From positions 1 through 40,604 of the forward strand of contig CANEKB010000001.1 in assembly GCA_947427985.1 (NCBI GenBank): DNA of 40,604 nt, read 5' to 3'. The notes below the pieces were generated by a model. That model searched no databases, had not been told where the DNA came from, and worked only from the letters and a program-made list of their open reading frames with translations. Below, piece after piece: positions 26,681 to 36,660 of the stretch. The translations under genes and the position numbers were made by a program. Numbering within the stretch: the first letter of the stretch is position 1; every line of letters begins with the position of its first letter. This stretch comes from an uncultured Candidatus Saccharibacteria bacterium. GTDB lineage: Bacteria; Patescibacteriota; Saccharimonadia; Saccharimonadales; Saccharimonadaceae.

Positions 26681-27820
26681 TTAGCCGATGAAATTACAAG
26701 CGGCGACAACGCGAAGACTGTTGTTGCAACTGTAGCTGTTGGGCGCGCCTGACGTACTGACAATACCGAAGCCGTAGGAGTAGCCAGAATACAAAGACGA
26801 CGTCCAATAATACTGCGCCGAGCTAGTGGCGTTAATAGCCTGTTTAATGCGCCTAGCATTATCTGCGTCTTGGAATGCTGGGAATACTGGACCTTCCACG
26901 GCGGCCTGTTGAGCGTTGTTATACGCAGTATCGGTTACGCCAAGTTGTGCCATATGCGGCGCATAGAGCTTGTCATAAACCACGTCCGTCGAGCCATCGC
27001 GACTATAAGTTTGAACTTTTGTCGCCGCGAGACATGCCAAGAAATCAGAATTGAACTTACCTTGATAGCTACTTCCTACAATGGTACTTCTAAGCGTTGA
27101 AGCCGAGTATTTCGTACTCCCACTAGCGCCCCATTGCGAATCCATCTCGCTGGTATATTTCGGCAACAGATTAATGGCAGGTACGGTCTGCTCTTGGTCA
27201 TTTATTTTTGCCACCACATCGCTAAAACCGACGATTTCAAACGGCATAGTGTAAGAGCCATATGGAACAAGGATGAATTGACCTAGCGTCATAAACTCAC
27301 TCGCCAACCCACTCTTAGCAATGTTGCTGAGGTTCGTGCGCTCTTCTGTGGTCATTTCGGCAAATGACTTTGTGAGATCTGGAGCAAACAGGTCTCGACA
27401 CTTTACGCTAAAGGAATCGGAGAAATCGCCAGCCGTAACGGTTATTGTTACCGGAGTAGAGCTTTCCGCCACACCGGTAATTTCATACTTGCCGTTCGCG
27501 TTTAGAATCGGGCTAACCGACACCACGATCGGATCGCTAGAGGTACAGACATAAGTCCACCCTTCCCATGGTGGTGTGATTTCCACGTCTATCTCAGCCG
27601 AAAACCCCGGACGAATCGACGTGAGGGCGGCTTTATTCGTAATAGTTACGGAAGAAACCGGCGCTCCCTGTTGGCCAATACTCATGCTAGCGATGTGCGA
27701 TGCGAAGTCCACCGGCTTAATCAACGCGCTAGATCCTTCACGCTCTCGAATCGTTGTAGCAACGCCGGTTAAAATCGACTTACTTATTAAAACTTTGCTT
27801 TCTTCATTTTCTCCGTTCAT
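26681..27820 (-). CDS. DGR target protein: Ig-like domain plus C-terminal CLec-type variable domain, putative receptor-binding protein
   Basis: PVSSVTI...TSSDP.VVSV Ig-like (Big_2) motif; YYWTSS...RVVAAC C-terminus containing VR. Confidence 0.85.
   Translation of the reverse strand: MNGENEESKVLISKSILTGVATTIREREGSSALIKPVDFASHIASMSIGQQGAPVSSVTITNKAALTSIRPGFSAEIDVEITPPWEGWTYVCTSSDPIVVSVSPILNANGKYEITGVAESSTPVTITVTAGDFSDSFSVKCRDLFAPDLTKSFAEMTTEERTNLSNIAKSGLASEFMTLGQFILVPYGSYTMPFEIVGFSDVVAKINDQEQTVPAINLLPKYTSEMDSQWGASGSTKYSASTLRSTIVGSSYQGKFNSDFLACLAATKVQTYSRDGSTDVVYDKLYAPHMAQLGVTDTAYNNAQQAAVEGPVFPAFQDADNARRIKQAINATSSAQYYWTSSLYSGYSYGFGIVSTSGAPNSYSCNNSLRVVAACNFIG
26701..26801 (-). repeat. DGR variable repeat (VR)
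   Basis: 13 mismatches to TR, all at TR adenines on the coding strand. Confidence 0.95.
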
Positions 27821-28548
27821 TACATCTCCTCCTCATCAGCGATCGAATAGTTACCGCCAAAGGTCACCGACTGATTGACGATCTCGCCTTCTGCGTTCTT
27901 ACTAGAAACGGTCAAAGTGGCAGTTGTCTCATTAACCTGCGTTAAATTGACTACTGGGGAATAACCATCAGCTCCATTTTTACCATCGCTGCCATTGGCA
28001 CCGTCTTGGCCAGGGTCGCCCTTTTCGCCTTTTAGTTCTGCTTTTTGTCCATCAGTAAGCATGTTAAACGTCAGAGCATCTCCAGTATCACCTTTGTCGC
28101 CCTTCTCGCCCTTATCTCCTTTCGGACCCTTGAAATCGGTATCAAGCCACTTCTCTCCGTCCCAAATATAGACTTTGCTATCGGCGCGCACCAAGAAGGC
28201 AACGCCGATATTATCAGATGCTAGGTCAGTAGGCAGCTGATCTTTGGTGTCGAATGCGCCGGCGATCTTTATACCTTCGCCAATTTCGCCTTTTTCTCCT
28301 TTTTCGCCCCTGACACCTTGTTCGCCTTGCTCGCCCTTCTCGCCTTTTTCGCCGCGCTCACCTTGCGGCCCCTTCAAAGCATTGAGTTGCTCCGTGGAGA
28401 AATCCTCATATTTGAACGGCTCACCCTGATCGCCTTTTTCGCCGCGCTCACCCCTTTCCCCCTGCGGCCCTTGAATACCTTGTGGGCCTCGTGGACCTTG
28501 TGGACCGCCTATACTTACGCCTTTTAGGTTGATGTTAATTCCTGCCAT
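27820..28548 (-). CDS. Collagen-like (Gly-X-Y) tail fibre protein
   Basis: GPQGPRGPQG and GEKGDK repeats; YIWDGEKW. Confidence 0.85.
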   Translation of the reverse strand: MAGININLKGVSIGGPQGPRGPQGIQGPQGERGERGEKGDQGEPFKYEDFSTEQLNALKGPQGERGEKGEKGEQGEQGVRGEKGEKGEIGEGIKIAGAFDTKDQLPTDLASDNIGVAFLVRADSKVYIWDGEKWLDTDFKGPKGDKGEKGDKGDTGDALTFNMLTDGQKAELKGEKGDPGQDGANGSDGKNGADGYSPVVNLTQVNETTATLTVSSKNAEGEIVNQSVTFGGNYSIADEEEM

Positions 28549-28549
28549 C

Positions 28550-28897
28550 TTACTTTACTCCTCTCAGCGTTGCCGCTGCTTTAATTGTTATCTTGCCTTC
28601 TAGAAGCACTACGCGATCAGTTCCAGAAGTCATCACGAGATCATAAACGTATTTTCCTGGCTCAATTTCGATAGTGTCTTCTGGATGAATAAACATCGTC
28701 CAGATTCCGTCCGTTAACTCTGCTGGGCCTTGAATCTGCTTCGCGAGCACTGCCGCTTTGTCCATCAGATCGTTGTCATACTCTGGCTTAATCGTAAAGC
28801 GCAGCGTTTCCGCTTCTGTTAAGGTTACTGGATCCATTTCTAGGGAGATTGTTCTCGTCTCCCCTCGAATGAACTCAAGATTTTTCTTTATTGCCAT
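28550..28897 (-). CDS. BppU-like N-terminal domain virion protein
   Basis: RGET, IHPEDT....GKYVYDL, LLEGKITI pattern. Confidence 0.65.
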   Translation of the reverse strand: MAIKKNLEFIRGETRTISLEMDPVTLTEAETLRFTIKPEYDNDLMDKAAVLAKQIQGPAELTDGIWTMFIHPEDTIEIEPGKYVYDLVMTSGTDRVVLLEGKITIKAAATLRGVK

Positions 28898-28900
28898 CTT

Positions 28901-31900
28901 TTACCCTTTCTTTCTAGTTATCTTCGGATCAGAGCCAAGGTTGGTCTTGCTGATCTTGTTAACGTAATTACCAATCACATTGGACTTCCTATTTGCGGCT
29001 TTTAATGTTGGCTTCTTGGACGAGTTACCTTTATTGGCGTCGGTTGTACCAGAACCCTTGATAGCGTTGAGTAACGCTGTGAAGCCGGGCCCGGATTCCG
29101 GCGTCTTAAAGGTTTTCTCGGAACTGCTAGACGACTTCTTAGAAGATCTGCCGGAAGATCGGCTGGACGCGAAATTGTTAATGTTGCGATTACGAGTTTT
29201 GTAAGTTGTGGCGTTAATAACGCCGGCGTCGTACATCTCACGATTAAGCTTGTTAAGCTCATCTACAATCGCCTTCCGCTCGTCATTATTCTCGGCAAGG
29301 TTTAGTGCCGCTTGAATATCGGCTCTTGTTCCAGCCAAGCCATAAACTTCACGAACCGCCTTATCGTAGTCCTTCGAAACTTTCATCTTCCTCAGCTCTT
29401 TTTCTTTTCTGACAATCTCCGTGCTGGTTAGATTACCATTAGCAACGTCATTTCGGTATTTAGCCTCGGCCAAATCGTACTCAGCGGATTTCTCTTGGTA
29501 GGTATAGGTCTCCCACTCGTCAGATTTCATGCTCTGATACTTCTTCAGGACTGACTTATAGCTGTCATTGAGATCATCGTTGATGTCGATATTCTTGCCG
29601 CTCTTTTTCGTTGTGACAGAGCTAATATACTCGTTGATATCCATACCATTAGCGAGCAAATCCTTTTGCCTGTCAGAGAACTCTGTCTTAATCTCCCCCT
29701 CACGTCCTTGTTCGAGCTTGGCCTTGATGGAAGCAATTTTGGTCGTGTCGGTATCAACCGCATTAAGCACTTTCTGCTGTTCTTCGCTACTCAAAGCCTT
29801 AAATGCTTCGCTCTGTTTGAGATCATTTTTATAACCCTCAGCAAGCGTTTTACCAAGCTCATATTGACTAATAATCGACCCGCTCCCGAAACGACGATAC
29901 ATGCCGGTCTTAATCATCGCTTCTATGCCGCCACCATCTTTCGCGTTGTCCGGATTGTCAGTCAAAGTTTTAACGAGGTCTTGGAATAGTCCACCACCCC
30001 AGTTAGAGACGAAGTTGTCGATCACAGGCGCGTCGATGCCGGTGATTTTTGCCACCGTTCTTGCTAGACCGGTCGTATATTTCTTGCCTTTATCTTCCGG
30101 ATTTAGGTTACTATCATACTCGCTCACGATTTCGTTGCCGGTGTAAGTGTTTTTATTCATACCGACTTCAAGGAAAGGCTTAGCAAATGTCGGTGTCAGC
30201 TGGTTAAGCACCGGAGAGATTACGCCGTCTGCTGAATCCGCTGTAAAATCTGGTGATTCAATACCAGTGATCGTGGTAAAGATCTTGCCGGCCAAGCCAA
30301 TCAAATCTTCCGGCTTACCTTCAAAGTTATTAGCTGTTCCGAGAATCGGGTAGAGCATCTGCGGCATTGGAATCTTGATCACGCCGTCAATGCGGTTGGT
30401 ATCTGGATTATATTTCGCGTTCTTCGTGAAAATTACCAGATTTTGCTCCTTTTCCTGATCTCCTAGACGATCCCACAAATCTTTGTCCTGCTGCTCGCCA
30501 ATACCCTTCACGGCACAAGCCAGACCGTAAGTCGCGGCGAGAGCGATAGTAGTTCGCACTGGGCGTTCTTTTAACTGTGCCACCGTAATCCGGCCACCTT
30601 GTACGCCAGCATTTAAGAACGGGATCACCTTATTCAATACCTTTACCACAGAACCGCCACGAGAGAAGTTGAGAGTATTATTACGCGCGGCCTGCGATTT
30701 TGCCGTAACATCTCCGTTGGTACCAAAGTATTGTTGTGCGCGCGTGAAGTATTCCGTCTTGCCAATTACGTCGGCTAGCGTGTCAATTGGGTGTTTGAGC
30801 TTGTCTATGGCCGATTTCGAGAGCTGATTCGACTGCTGAAGCTCGGCAATTAAATCACCGGATTTCATGCCGTAGGTCATACGATATTCGCTGCCGATAA
30901 TGCCGTTACTTGACAATTCAGCTTTAAGTTCCGAAGCCTTTTTACCCCAGCCAAACGTTGCGAGAATCGCTTTCGGCGTGCCTTTGATATTGGCTGCGAC
31001 ATTACCAGTGATCAAAGTCTGGCCTTGATCGCGAATCAAGTTTGAAAGCGTAAACATTGGGTTAGCCGAAGTCGCACCGGTACGTAGTAGGCGTGTAGGC
31101 GCACCAAGAACCTTGACGAGTCCGTTGATACCTTCTGGAAGTACGCCATTGAGATTCTTCATCTCTTGCGCAACGAGTGCCGGGACCTCATAACTCACTT
31201 TCTTGCCATCCACCATAAAGCTCAGTGAATCGTTACCAGCTGCCGGTTTCTGACCTTCTGCTAGAACGTTTTCGCGAAAAGCTTCAGTCGATGCCAGCTT
31301 GGTGGCCACAGTATTCCGCTCACCTTCGTTAATCATCCGGATCGTATTTTTCATCATAGATTCGATATGATTATCAACGGTCAAATCGCTCCCCTTAATC
31401 TTCTGTACGACAGTCTGCTTACTGATAGTGGCCAGCTGTTTCGACTTCTGATTACCGGTATGCCCTTCGACTTCATCCATTACGCGATTGAACGGCACGT
31501 AGCTCTTATTCTCGCGGAGTAGCTGGTCTCTAAGATCCGCGGAGATTAGCCCTTTCTCTACCGAATAATCAAGCATCTTTTTGTTATACTCACGAACGAT
31601 TTTCTCTTGTTTCGCAAATCCGTTACCGACCGACTCAATAAGTTTCTTGTCTGCTTCGAGATTGCGGCCAGTTTTTATACCTTTCTCGTCTAGCTCAATG
31701 GCACGTTTGGCGATCAGATACTGCTGGAACGTATTGAGAGCTTTTGTGCTCATCTTGCCAATTTCGTTTAGGCCATTGTCTTCCATAAACTGCCGAGCTA
31801 TCATATCGCTGCTGCGTACGCGATCGACACCTTCGCGAAGTTCGGAGCGTAACTCTTTATTTTTCTTGCCCGGAAGGTATTTTTCGTAGGCCACTGAGTC

Positions 31901-34900
31901 ATCCACAAGATAATGTTTAAGTTTCGCAGTAGTTTCAGAGACTTTCTGCCTAATAGACGACTTGCTTTGTTTTTGCTGAGCTGCCACCTGTTGCTTAACA
32001 TAAGCATCTGTGTTAATCGGGGTATCTGAATTACTATTGACATCACCACTATTTTGTGATAAACTACTATCAACCAATCTCTCCGATCGGGATGATGCCC
32101 GTAGAGAGTCCGTGGCAGGATTCATCACCTGTTGAGGATTCGTCGGAGAGGCGGTTTTTTGTTTTGGAACCTCTTGCTTATACATCGTGTCCATTGCCAG
32201 CTGTCTTCGCCCGTTTCGGACTTCTTCGAGATAAACAATCCTGTTGTCATACTGTTTTGTATAGCGGATTACGTCGAGGCCGTGTTTATTTTTGCCAGCA
32301 TACTCAACTAGGTCCGGATTCTTAATAATGTCACGTGCGTTTTTAACGTCTGACATAGTTATTGACAGCTCACCAGCCTCACCATGACGATTCAACACGT
32401 GCCGTACGGCCGAATCGCTCATAATATGATTATAGCCACTCGTATCTATGCCAGTTGCGTCTTTCACAATCTTCTTCACACGGTCGCTTACGCTGCGCAA
32501 TAGCGTGACAAACTTACCGGACTTAGTAGTAGGATCCATAAGCTGGTCAATGGACGATACCTCGCCCTTTGGGGTCTGCGCATCGCGTTGCCGTTGTAAC
32601 TCGGTTCTACTCATCATATCTTTATATTCGGACGAACTCACATAATCTCTCGCCGCGATTAACGTGTCAATATCGTCGCTTCCGGCATTGTACAGACCGA
32701 TTTCCGGATTAAGCTCTCTGAATGTTTCATAGTATTTACTCTTGCCTCCGTTGACGAGGACATCTTCAAGAGCTTCGTTGAATAACTTCCGGCTTGGTTT
32801 CCGGCCATATTCTTCGTATAGCTGCCGGTACAACGCCCCATTGTTGGAAATAGTCTGCCGCGTAACGTCGGCACGGCTGCCGTCGCTGTTGTAGTTATCG
32901 ACGCCCCTTAAGAAGGTCTCCACGCCGCCGTTACTGTCTTGGAAAGCATCCCAAAGCCTGTCGGACTGAAACTTCAAGTATTCTTCATACGGCAGCTTGC
33001 CATCCGTCAAATCATTTAGCCTTTGGGTAGCTTCGGCCTCATTGAACGTCTGCTTTGGCTTTGCGGCCACTTCTGGGCCGTCGGACTTACCCCATATCTC
33101 ATCAAGGAGATCAATAGAAATCTCCGAGCCAAGCTCTTGCGATACGCGAGTTTTAACTTCATCTGGCGTGATACGATTAACTTTCACTTCTTCCGAAGCT
33201 GGACTGCTATCGGTAACGTTAATCTTCTGTGCCTGCGCCTGTTCGACTATGATGTCGGAGGTAACTTTTGCCACGGTTGTCTCAATACGCTCCGCAGTTG
33301 CGACATCAACTGTTCCGTTATTTACCTTTTCGGTAAGTTTTTCATGGAGACCGTTGAATTTGTTTTGGATACTCTCGATAGTGTTCTTGTAGAGATTGCT
33401 CACTCGTTGAGACAAACTTGCGCCGTCCTGTCGATTATTCAAATTAGTCCGGACGTTGGTAGCAACGGCGCTCCCAAGATCGCCAACACCCTTGAAAATA
33501 CCACCACCAATAGCGCCAAGGGCTGCCGACTGGGTGACTTCACTCAATAATTGGCCGAAAGCATCGCCGTCGAACTCGCCGTCCTTCGTTACCAGCTTCC
33601 CACCATCACCAAAGAAATCAAACACCTGCTGTACGCCTTCTTCCGCGCCTTCTTCGAGCATTGCTTTAAGATATGACTTCAACACGCTCTTTGTCGTCTG
33701 TTTTGCGGCCTGTTGAGCAGCTTCGCTGGCTCCACGCCTAAATAGCGACCTACCAACGGAATTAAGCATATCTCCAGAGCCACCGAAGAATACGCCGGCC
33801 ATATCTATCACGCCAGAAGCCCCACGGCCGAACCTCTCAAGACCATCAAGCTCGCGATGCTCACCGGTCTCCGAATCAATACCTTTACCGGTGATAGCTT
33901 CCGTTAAGTTCGTCGCGCCCACAACTGGAGCCGTTGCCATACCTGGTAGTAAGTTGGCTAGAAATCTGCCTGCGTCGCTTACGTCTGTTTTATGTGCATC
34001 GTCAGACCCCAGAAGCGCACTGCCTACATCCATTTTACGAATCGCGTTCGCTGTCCCATAGATCTGCTTACCAATCACATCGAACGGATTACCGGTCGCT
34101 TTATTCTTCTTCGGATCCCAGTCGAAGCCGGTATAATACTCTGAATCGTAGGATGCGCCCAAGGCACGCGATTTTGCGTGTTCCATATCACTATAAATCT
34201 TAGAGATCTGTGAGTTTTCCTCGGTAACAGTCTTGGCTAGGTCTGCCGCCCTCTGGTCAATCACGTTACCATTATCGTCGTACGCCTTTATTAACAGGTC
34301 GTTTGCGTATCGGTTGCGTGCATTCTGTTCTGCGGCGCGTGAAGCGGAGCCATTATCGATCAGCCTTTCAAAGAAACCTTGCCTTGACTGCTCCTTTTTG
34401 AACTCCTCGTCATAGTACCGCTTCCAGCCTTCTTGCTCTGAATACTGCTTCTGCTGCTCGATCTTCTTAAGCGCAGCGTCTGTCCTACGCTGCTGTAACA
34501 TTTCAGAAAGTGGATCGCGTAGTGTATTTGTCGCGCTAATCCGATTATTGCGTTGTGGCAGAGAGGCCTGGGTGGTTTTCAAAGGAGCCAATGGCGCAGG
34601 ACGGGATTGTAGAATCTGCCGTGCTTTCCGCACTGGATCTTCGTTATTTTGTGCTATATTGGTCTGGATCTTCGGTGCCGTGATTCGAGCTGAATTGACT
34701 CCGGCGGCTGGAATAGGGTTAGCCTGCGGTTTAATCGGCGCCGGTTGTCTTTGTTGAAGAATCGCCAACGCTCGGCTCATGACTGAGTTGCCTGCCTGCA
34801 CAGGCGCGTTCGTTGTTGTATTTGTAGTGCGTTGTGGGATCGCGGAGATCGCCGTCTTAGCCGCGGCCTGCATCGTAGGGCCTACTGCTGGCTTCGTCAC

Positions 34901-34987
34901 CGTAGTAAACGGAGACTGAAGCAGTTCTAGCGCGGACTTCTTCTTTTGGCTACCGAGATTAAATGAAAATGGGAGCAAAGTCGCCAT
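28901..34987 (-). CDS. Giant polyvalent/ejection-type protein (2028 aa) with a PBECR-like nuclease region and an LPD38-like region
   Basis: EEGAEE motif; SAVRHVLNRHG...YLEEV...LAMDTMYK; NFSRGG...IPFLNAGVQG...IKIPMP. Confidence 0.65.
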   Translation of the reverse strand: MATLLPFSFNLGSQKKKSALELLQSPFTTVTKPAVGPTMQAAAKTAISAIPQRTTNTTTNAPVQAGNSVMSRALAILQQRQPAPIKPQANPIPAAGVNSARITAPKIQTNIAQNNEDPVRKARQILQSRPAPLAPLKTTQASLPQRNNRISATNTLRDPLSEMLQQRRTDAALKKIEQQKQYSEQEGWKRYYDEEFKKEQSRQGFFERLIDNGSASRAAEQNARNRYANDLLIKAYDDNGNVIDQRAADLAKTVTEENSQISKIYSDMEHAKSRALGASYDSEYYTGFDWDPKKNKATGNPFDVIGKQIYGTANAIRKMDVGSALLGSDDAHKTDVSDAGRFLANLLPGMATAPVVGATNLTEAITGKGIDSETGEHRELDGLERFGRGASGVIDMAGVFFGGSGDMLNSVGRSLFRRGASEAAQQAAKQTTKSVLKSYLKAMLEEGAEEGVQQVFDFFGDGGKLVTKDGEFDGDAFGQLLSEVTQSAALGAIGGGIFKGVGDLGSAVATNVRTNLNNRQDGASLSQRVSNLYKNTIESIQNKFNGLHEKLTEKVNNGTVDVATAERIETTVAKVTSDIIVEQAQAQKINVTDSSPASEEVKVNRITPDEVKTRVSQELGSEISIDLLDEIWGKSDGPEVAAKPKQTFNEAEATQRLNDLTDGKLPYEEYLKFQSDRLWDAFQDSNGGVETFLRGVDNYNSDGSRADVTRQTISNNGALYRQLYEEYGRKPSRKLFNEALEDVLVNGGKSKYYETFRELNPEIGLYNAGSDDIDTLIAARDYVSSSEYKDMMSRTELQRQRDAQTPKGEVSSIDQLMDPTTKSGKFVTLLRSVSDRVKKIVKDATGIDTSGYNHIMSDSAVRHVLNRHGEAGELSITMSDVKNARDIIKNPDLVEYAGKNKHGLDVIRYTKQYDNRIVYLEEVRNGRRQLAMDTMYKQEVPKQKTASPTNPQQVMNPATDSLRASSRSERLVDSSLSQNSGDVNSNSDTPINTDAYVKQQVAAQQKQSKSSIRQKVSETTAKLKHYLVDDSVAYEKYLPGKKNKELRSELREGVDRVRSSDMIARQFMEDNGLNEIGKMSTKALNTFQQYLIAKRAIELDEKGIKTGRNLEADKKLIESVGNGFAKQEKIVREYNKKMLDYSVEKGLISADLRDQLLRENKSYVPFNRVMDEVEGHTGNQKSKQLATISKQTVVQKIKGSDLTVDNHIESMMKNTIRMINEGERNTVATKLASTEAFRENVLAEGQKPAAGNDSLSFMVDGKKVSYEVPALVAQEMKNLNGVLPEGINGLVKVLGAPTRLLRTGATSANPMFTLSNLIRDQGQTLITGNVAANIKGTPKAILATFGWGKKASELKAELSSNGIIGSEYRMTYGMKSGDLIAELQQSNQLSKSAIDKLKHPIDTLADVIGKTEYFTRAQQYFGTNGDVTAKSQAARNNTLNFSRGGSVVKVLNKVIPFLNAGVQGGRITVAQLKERPVRTTIALAATYGLACAVKGIGEQQDKDLWDRLGDQEKEQNLVIFTKNAKYNPDTNRIDGVIKIPMPQMLYPILGTANNFEGKPEDLIGLAGKIFTTITGIESPDFTADSADGVISPVLNQLTPTFAKPFLEVGMNKNTYTGNEIVSEYDSNLNPEDKGKKYTTGLARTVAKITGIDAPVIDNFVSNWGGGLFQDLVKTLTDNPDNAKDGGGIEAMIKTGMYRRFGSGSIISQYELGKTLAEGYKNDLKQSEAFKALSSEEQQKVLNAVDTDTTKIASIKAKLEQGREGEIKTEFSDRQKDLLANGMDINEYISSVTTKKSGKNIDINDDLNDSYKSVLKKYQSMKSDEWETYTYQEKSAEYDLAEAKYRNDVANGNLTSTEIVRKEKELRKMKVSKDYDKAVREVYGLAGTRADIQAALNLAENNDERKAIVDELNKLNREMYDAGVINATTYKTRNRNINNFASSRSSGRSSKKSSSSSEKTFKTPESGPGFTALLNAIKGSGTTDANKGNSSKKPTLKAANRKSNVIGNYVNKISKTNLGSDPKITRKKG

Positions 34988-34997
34988 CGTTCACCTC

Positions 34998-36176
34998 CTA
35001 TTCTCCTTCTCGCTTTTTAAGCCCCATCAAGAGCTGGAGAGCAGGGACTTGCTGACTAGATCCTGCCATATCAACATCTTGTACTTTGGCATTAAGTTCT
35101 GGCTGGCCGGCACTCTCAAAATATGAGGATACCGAAGGTGCTTTGTAGGTTGCCGAGACGCCAGTATAAGACGGCGCCACGAACTTACTCAGCTCATTAG
35201 CACGATTATTGAGACTGTTAATAAGATTCGTGATCTCTGCTTGTTTACCGCCATCGCTGACACCATACTGACCGCGATTAGCATAAGCAGCCGCTTTTTG
35301 CGCCAGAAGGTTCATGCGCTGTTGTAGTACGTTTTGTTCATTACTGCGTACTTGGCCGGCTCTCCAGTCGGCAAGTTTCTTTAGATCATTGTCGTAATCA
35401 GTCTGATAAATAGCCCAGTCGCTATCTATATTCTGCTGGTTCTGTCCGAAGTTTTGGTTAACGCCGGCAAGCTGCTGATTCGCCTGCGCGGTTACAGCGC
35501 CCGGAGCCACGTATAGAGCATCCGAACTACCGCCAGCTCCCATCGCACCGAGAAGCCTTTGTAGACCTCTAAGACCGCGTGCCGCCGTATCGGTAACTTG
35601 GTTGCGCTCGGTTTGTAGGTTCTGCTTATTCTGCGTTGTGGCGCGGTTATAATTAGATTTCTGCGTGTTGTAGCTGGATCGAGCCTCATTGAGCTGCTGA
35701 TTATAGCTGCTCTCGGTCGCTTTATTCAACTCGCCCAAAAGCCCATCTAGGTTCTTGAGCTGATTGTCATATTGGTTAATTGCTTGATCATAATAGTTGA
35801 TCTGCGAATTTCTATAGATGCGATCTCGCTCTTCTGCCTCAAGCTGCTCTTTAGTCTTTACCGGAGTAGTACTATAACTCGCATATGACTGATAGTTGGC
35901 ATTAGCAGCCGCGTTCTGAGGTTCTTGCCGTCCGGCCAGCCATCTTTTGTAATACTGATCCGCCAATCCTTGCGCCGTTACAACTGGACCCCTGCCGGGA
36001 CCCGGCCCATAAAATTTGTTGTACATTTCGGTATAGGCTCCGCCTTCACCTACACGGCCGTCATTGCCGACCATATTCAAAAGATGCTTCGCGCCGGTGT
36101 CGTTGCCCATACCAGCCAACCAACCACGGAAATCGTCGTTGCCTTGATAGGTCTGGCCATATTTGTTCGTTGCCAT
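34998..36176 (-). CDS. Q/N-rich coiled-coil virion protein, putative DNA-ejection/pilot protein
   Basis: Composition; LLGAMGAGGS motif; precedes the giant protein gene. Confidence 0.55.
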   Translation of the reverse strand: MATNKYGQTYQGNDDFRGWLAGMGNDTGAKHLLNMVGNDGRVGEGGAYTEMYNKFYGPGPGRGPVVTAQGLADQYYKRWLAGRQEPQNAAANANYQSYASYSTTPVKTKEQLEAEERDRIYRNSQINYYDQAINQYDNQLKNLDGLLGELNKATESSYNQQLNEARSSYNTQKSNYNRATTQNKQNLQTERNQVTDTAARGLRGLQRLLGAMGAGGSSDALYVAPGAVTAQANQQLAGVNQNFGQNQQNIDSDWAIYQTDYDNDLKKLADWRAGQVRSNEQNVLQQRMNLLAQKAAAYANRGQYGVSDGGKQAEITNLINSLNNRANELSKFVAPSYTGVSATYKAPSVSSYFESAGQPELNAKVQDVDMAGSSQQVPALQLLMGLKKREGE

Positions 36177-36350
36177 AAAGAAAACCCTTTCGTAAGAAAT
36201 ACTAGACGTATTCTTGACGATCTCGGGTTTCTTTCTCCAATAATCTCAAGTTTGACCTACGGAGCCTTTCGCGGAGTTGGTCTCCTCCGTCTCGCTTGTC
36301 GCTTGATCTTGCGGCTAAACGAGGCCGTTCAGTAATCCTATTATACCATA
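36174..36350 (-). promoter_or_regulatory. TGGTATAAT promoter with a ~160-nt structured leader
   Basis: Extended -10 at ~36340-36348; long stem immediately 5' of the ATG. Confidence 0.5.
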
Positions 36351-36417
36351 AAAAACTTATGTTTTTGCCAATTTATTTCGTTGTAAAATCGTTGTATCTG
36401 GTCTAGCGAGACTTGTA

Positions 36418-36446
36418 TTGACAAAACGCCCAAGGTTTGCTATACT
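36418..36446 (+). promoter_or_regulatory. Sigma70 promoter P1
   Basis: TTGACA-17 nt-TATACT with TG extension. Confidence 0.85.
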
Positions 36447-36452
36447 AGTATC

Positions 36453-36520
36453 AGTTATTCAAGATAGCTGTGTCGATTAGTAAAAATAACCCCAACGCGT
36501 AAGCTTGGGGATTTTACATT
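36453..36520 (+). ncRNA. Candidate small antisense RNA
   Basis: Follows P1; ends in a CCCCAA...TTGGGG-ATTTT hairpin; 20-nt perfect complement of 4511-4530. Confidence 0.5.
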
Positions 36521-36660
36521 TCCAAAAAGCTGTCGCTTAATTTAGGTACGAGCATGCGCAAACCGCGCTCTGGTTTGTTATTGCTCAAGATATATTAGAT
36601 TAAACGTATCTGGAGCTCAGAGAGCGGGAGTTTTTGATACCATTACAATGGAGGTAATTT

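Noticed and set aside
26524-26859. 111-aa ORF across VR
   Set aside because: Alternative frame over the target C-terminus and the hairpins
28020-28510. Tandem DNA repeats
   Set aside because: Explained by collagen Gly-X-Y coding
4511-36480. The 20-bp inverted repeat as the prophage termini
   Set aside because: The integrase lies outside it, and a direct-repeat att with a coherent attB reconstruction exists
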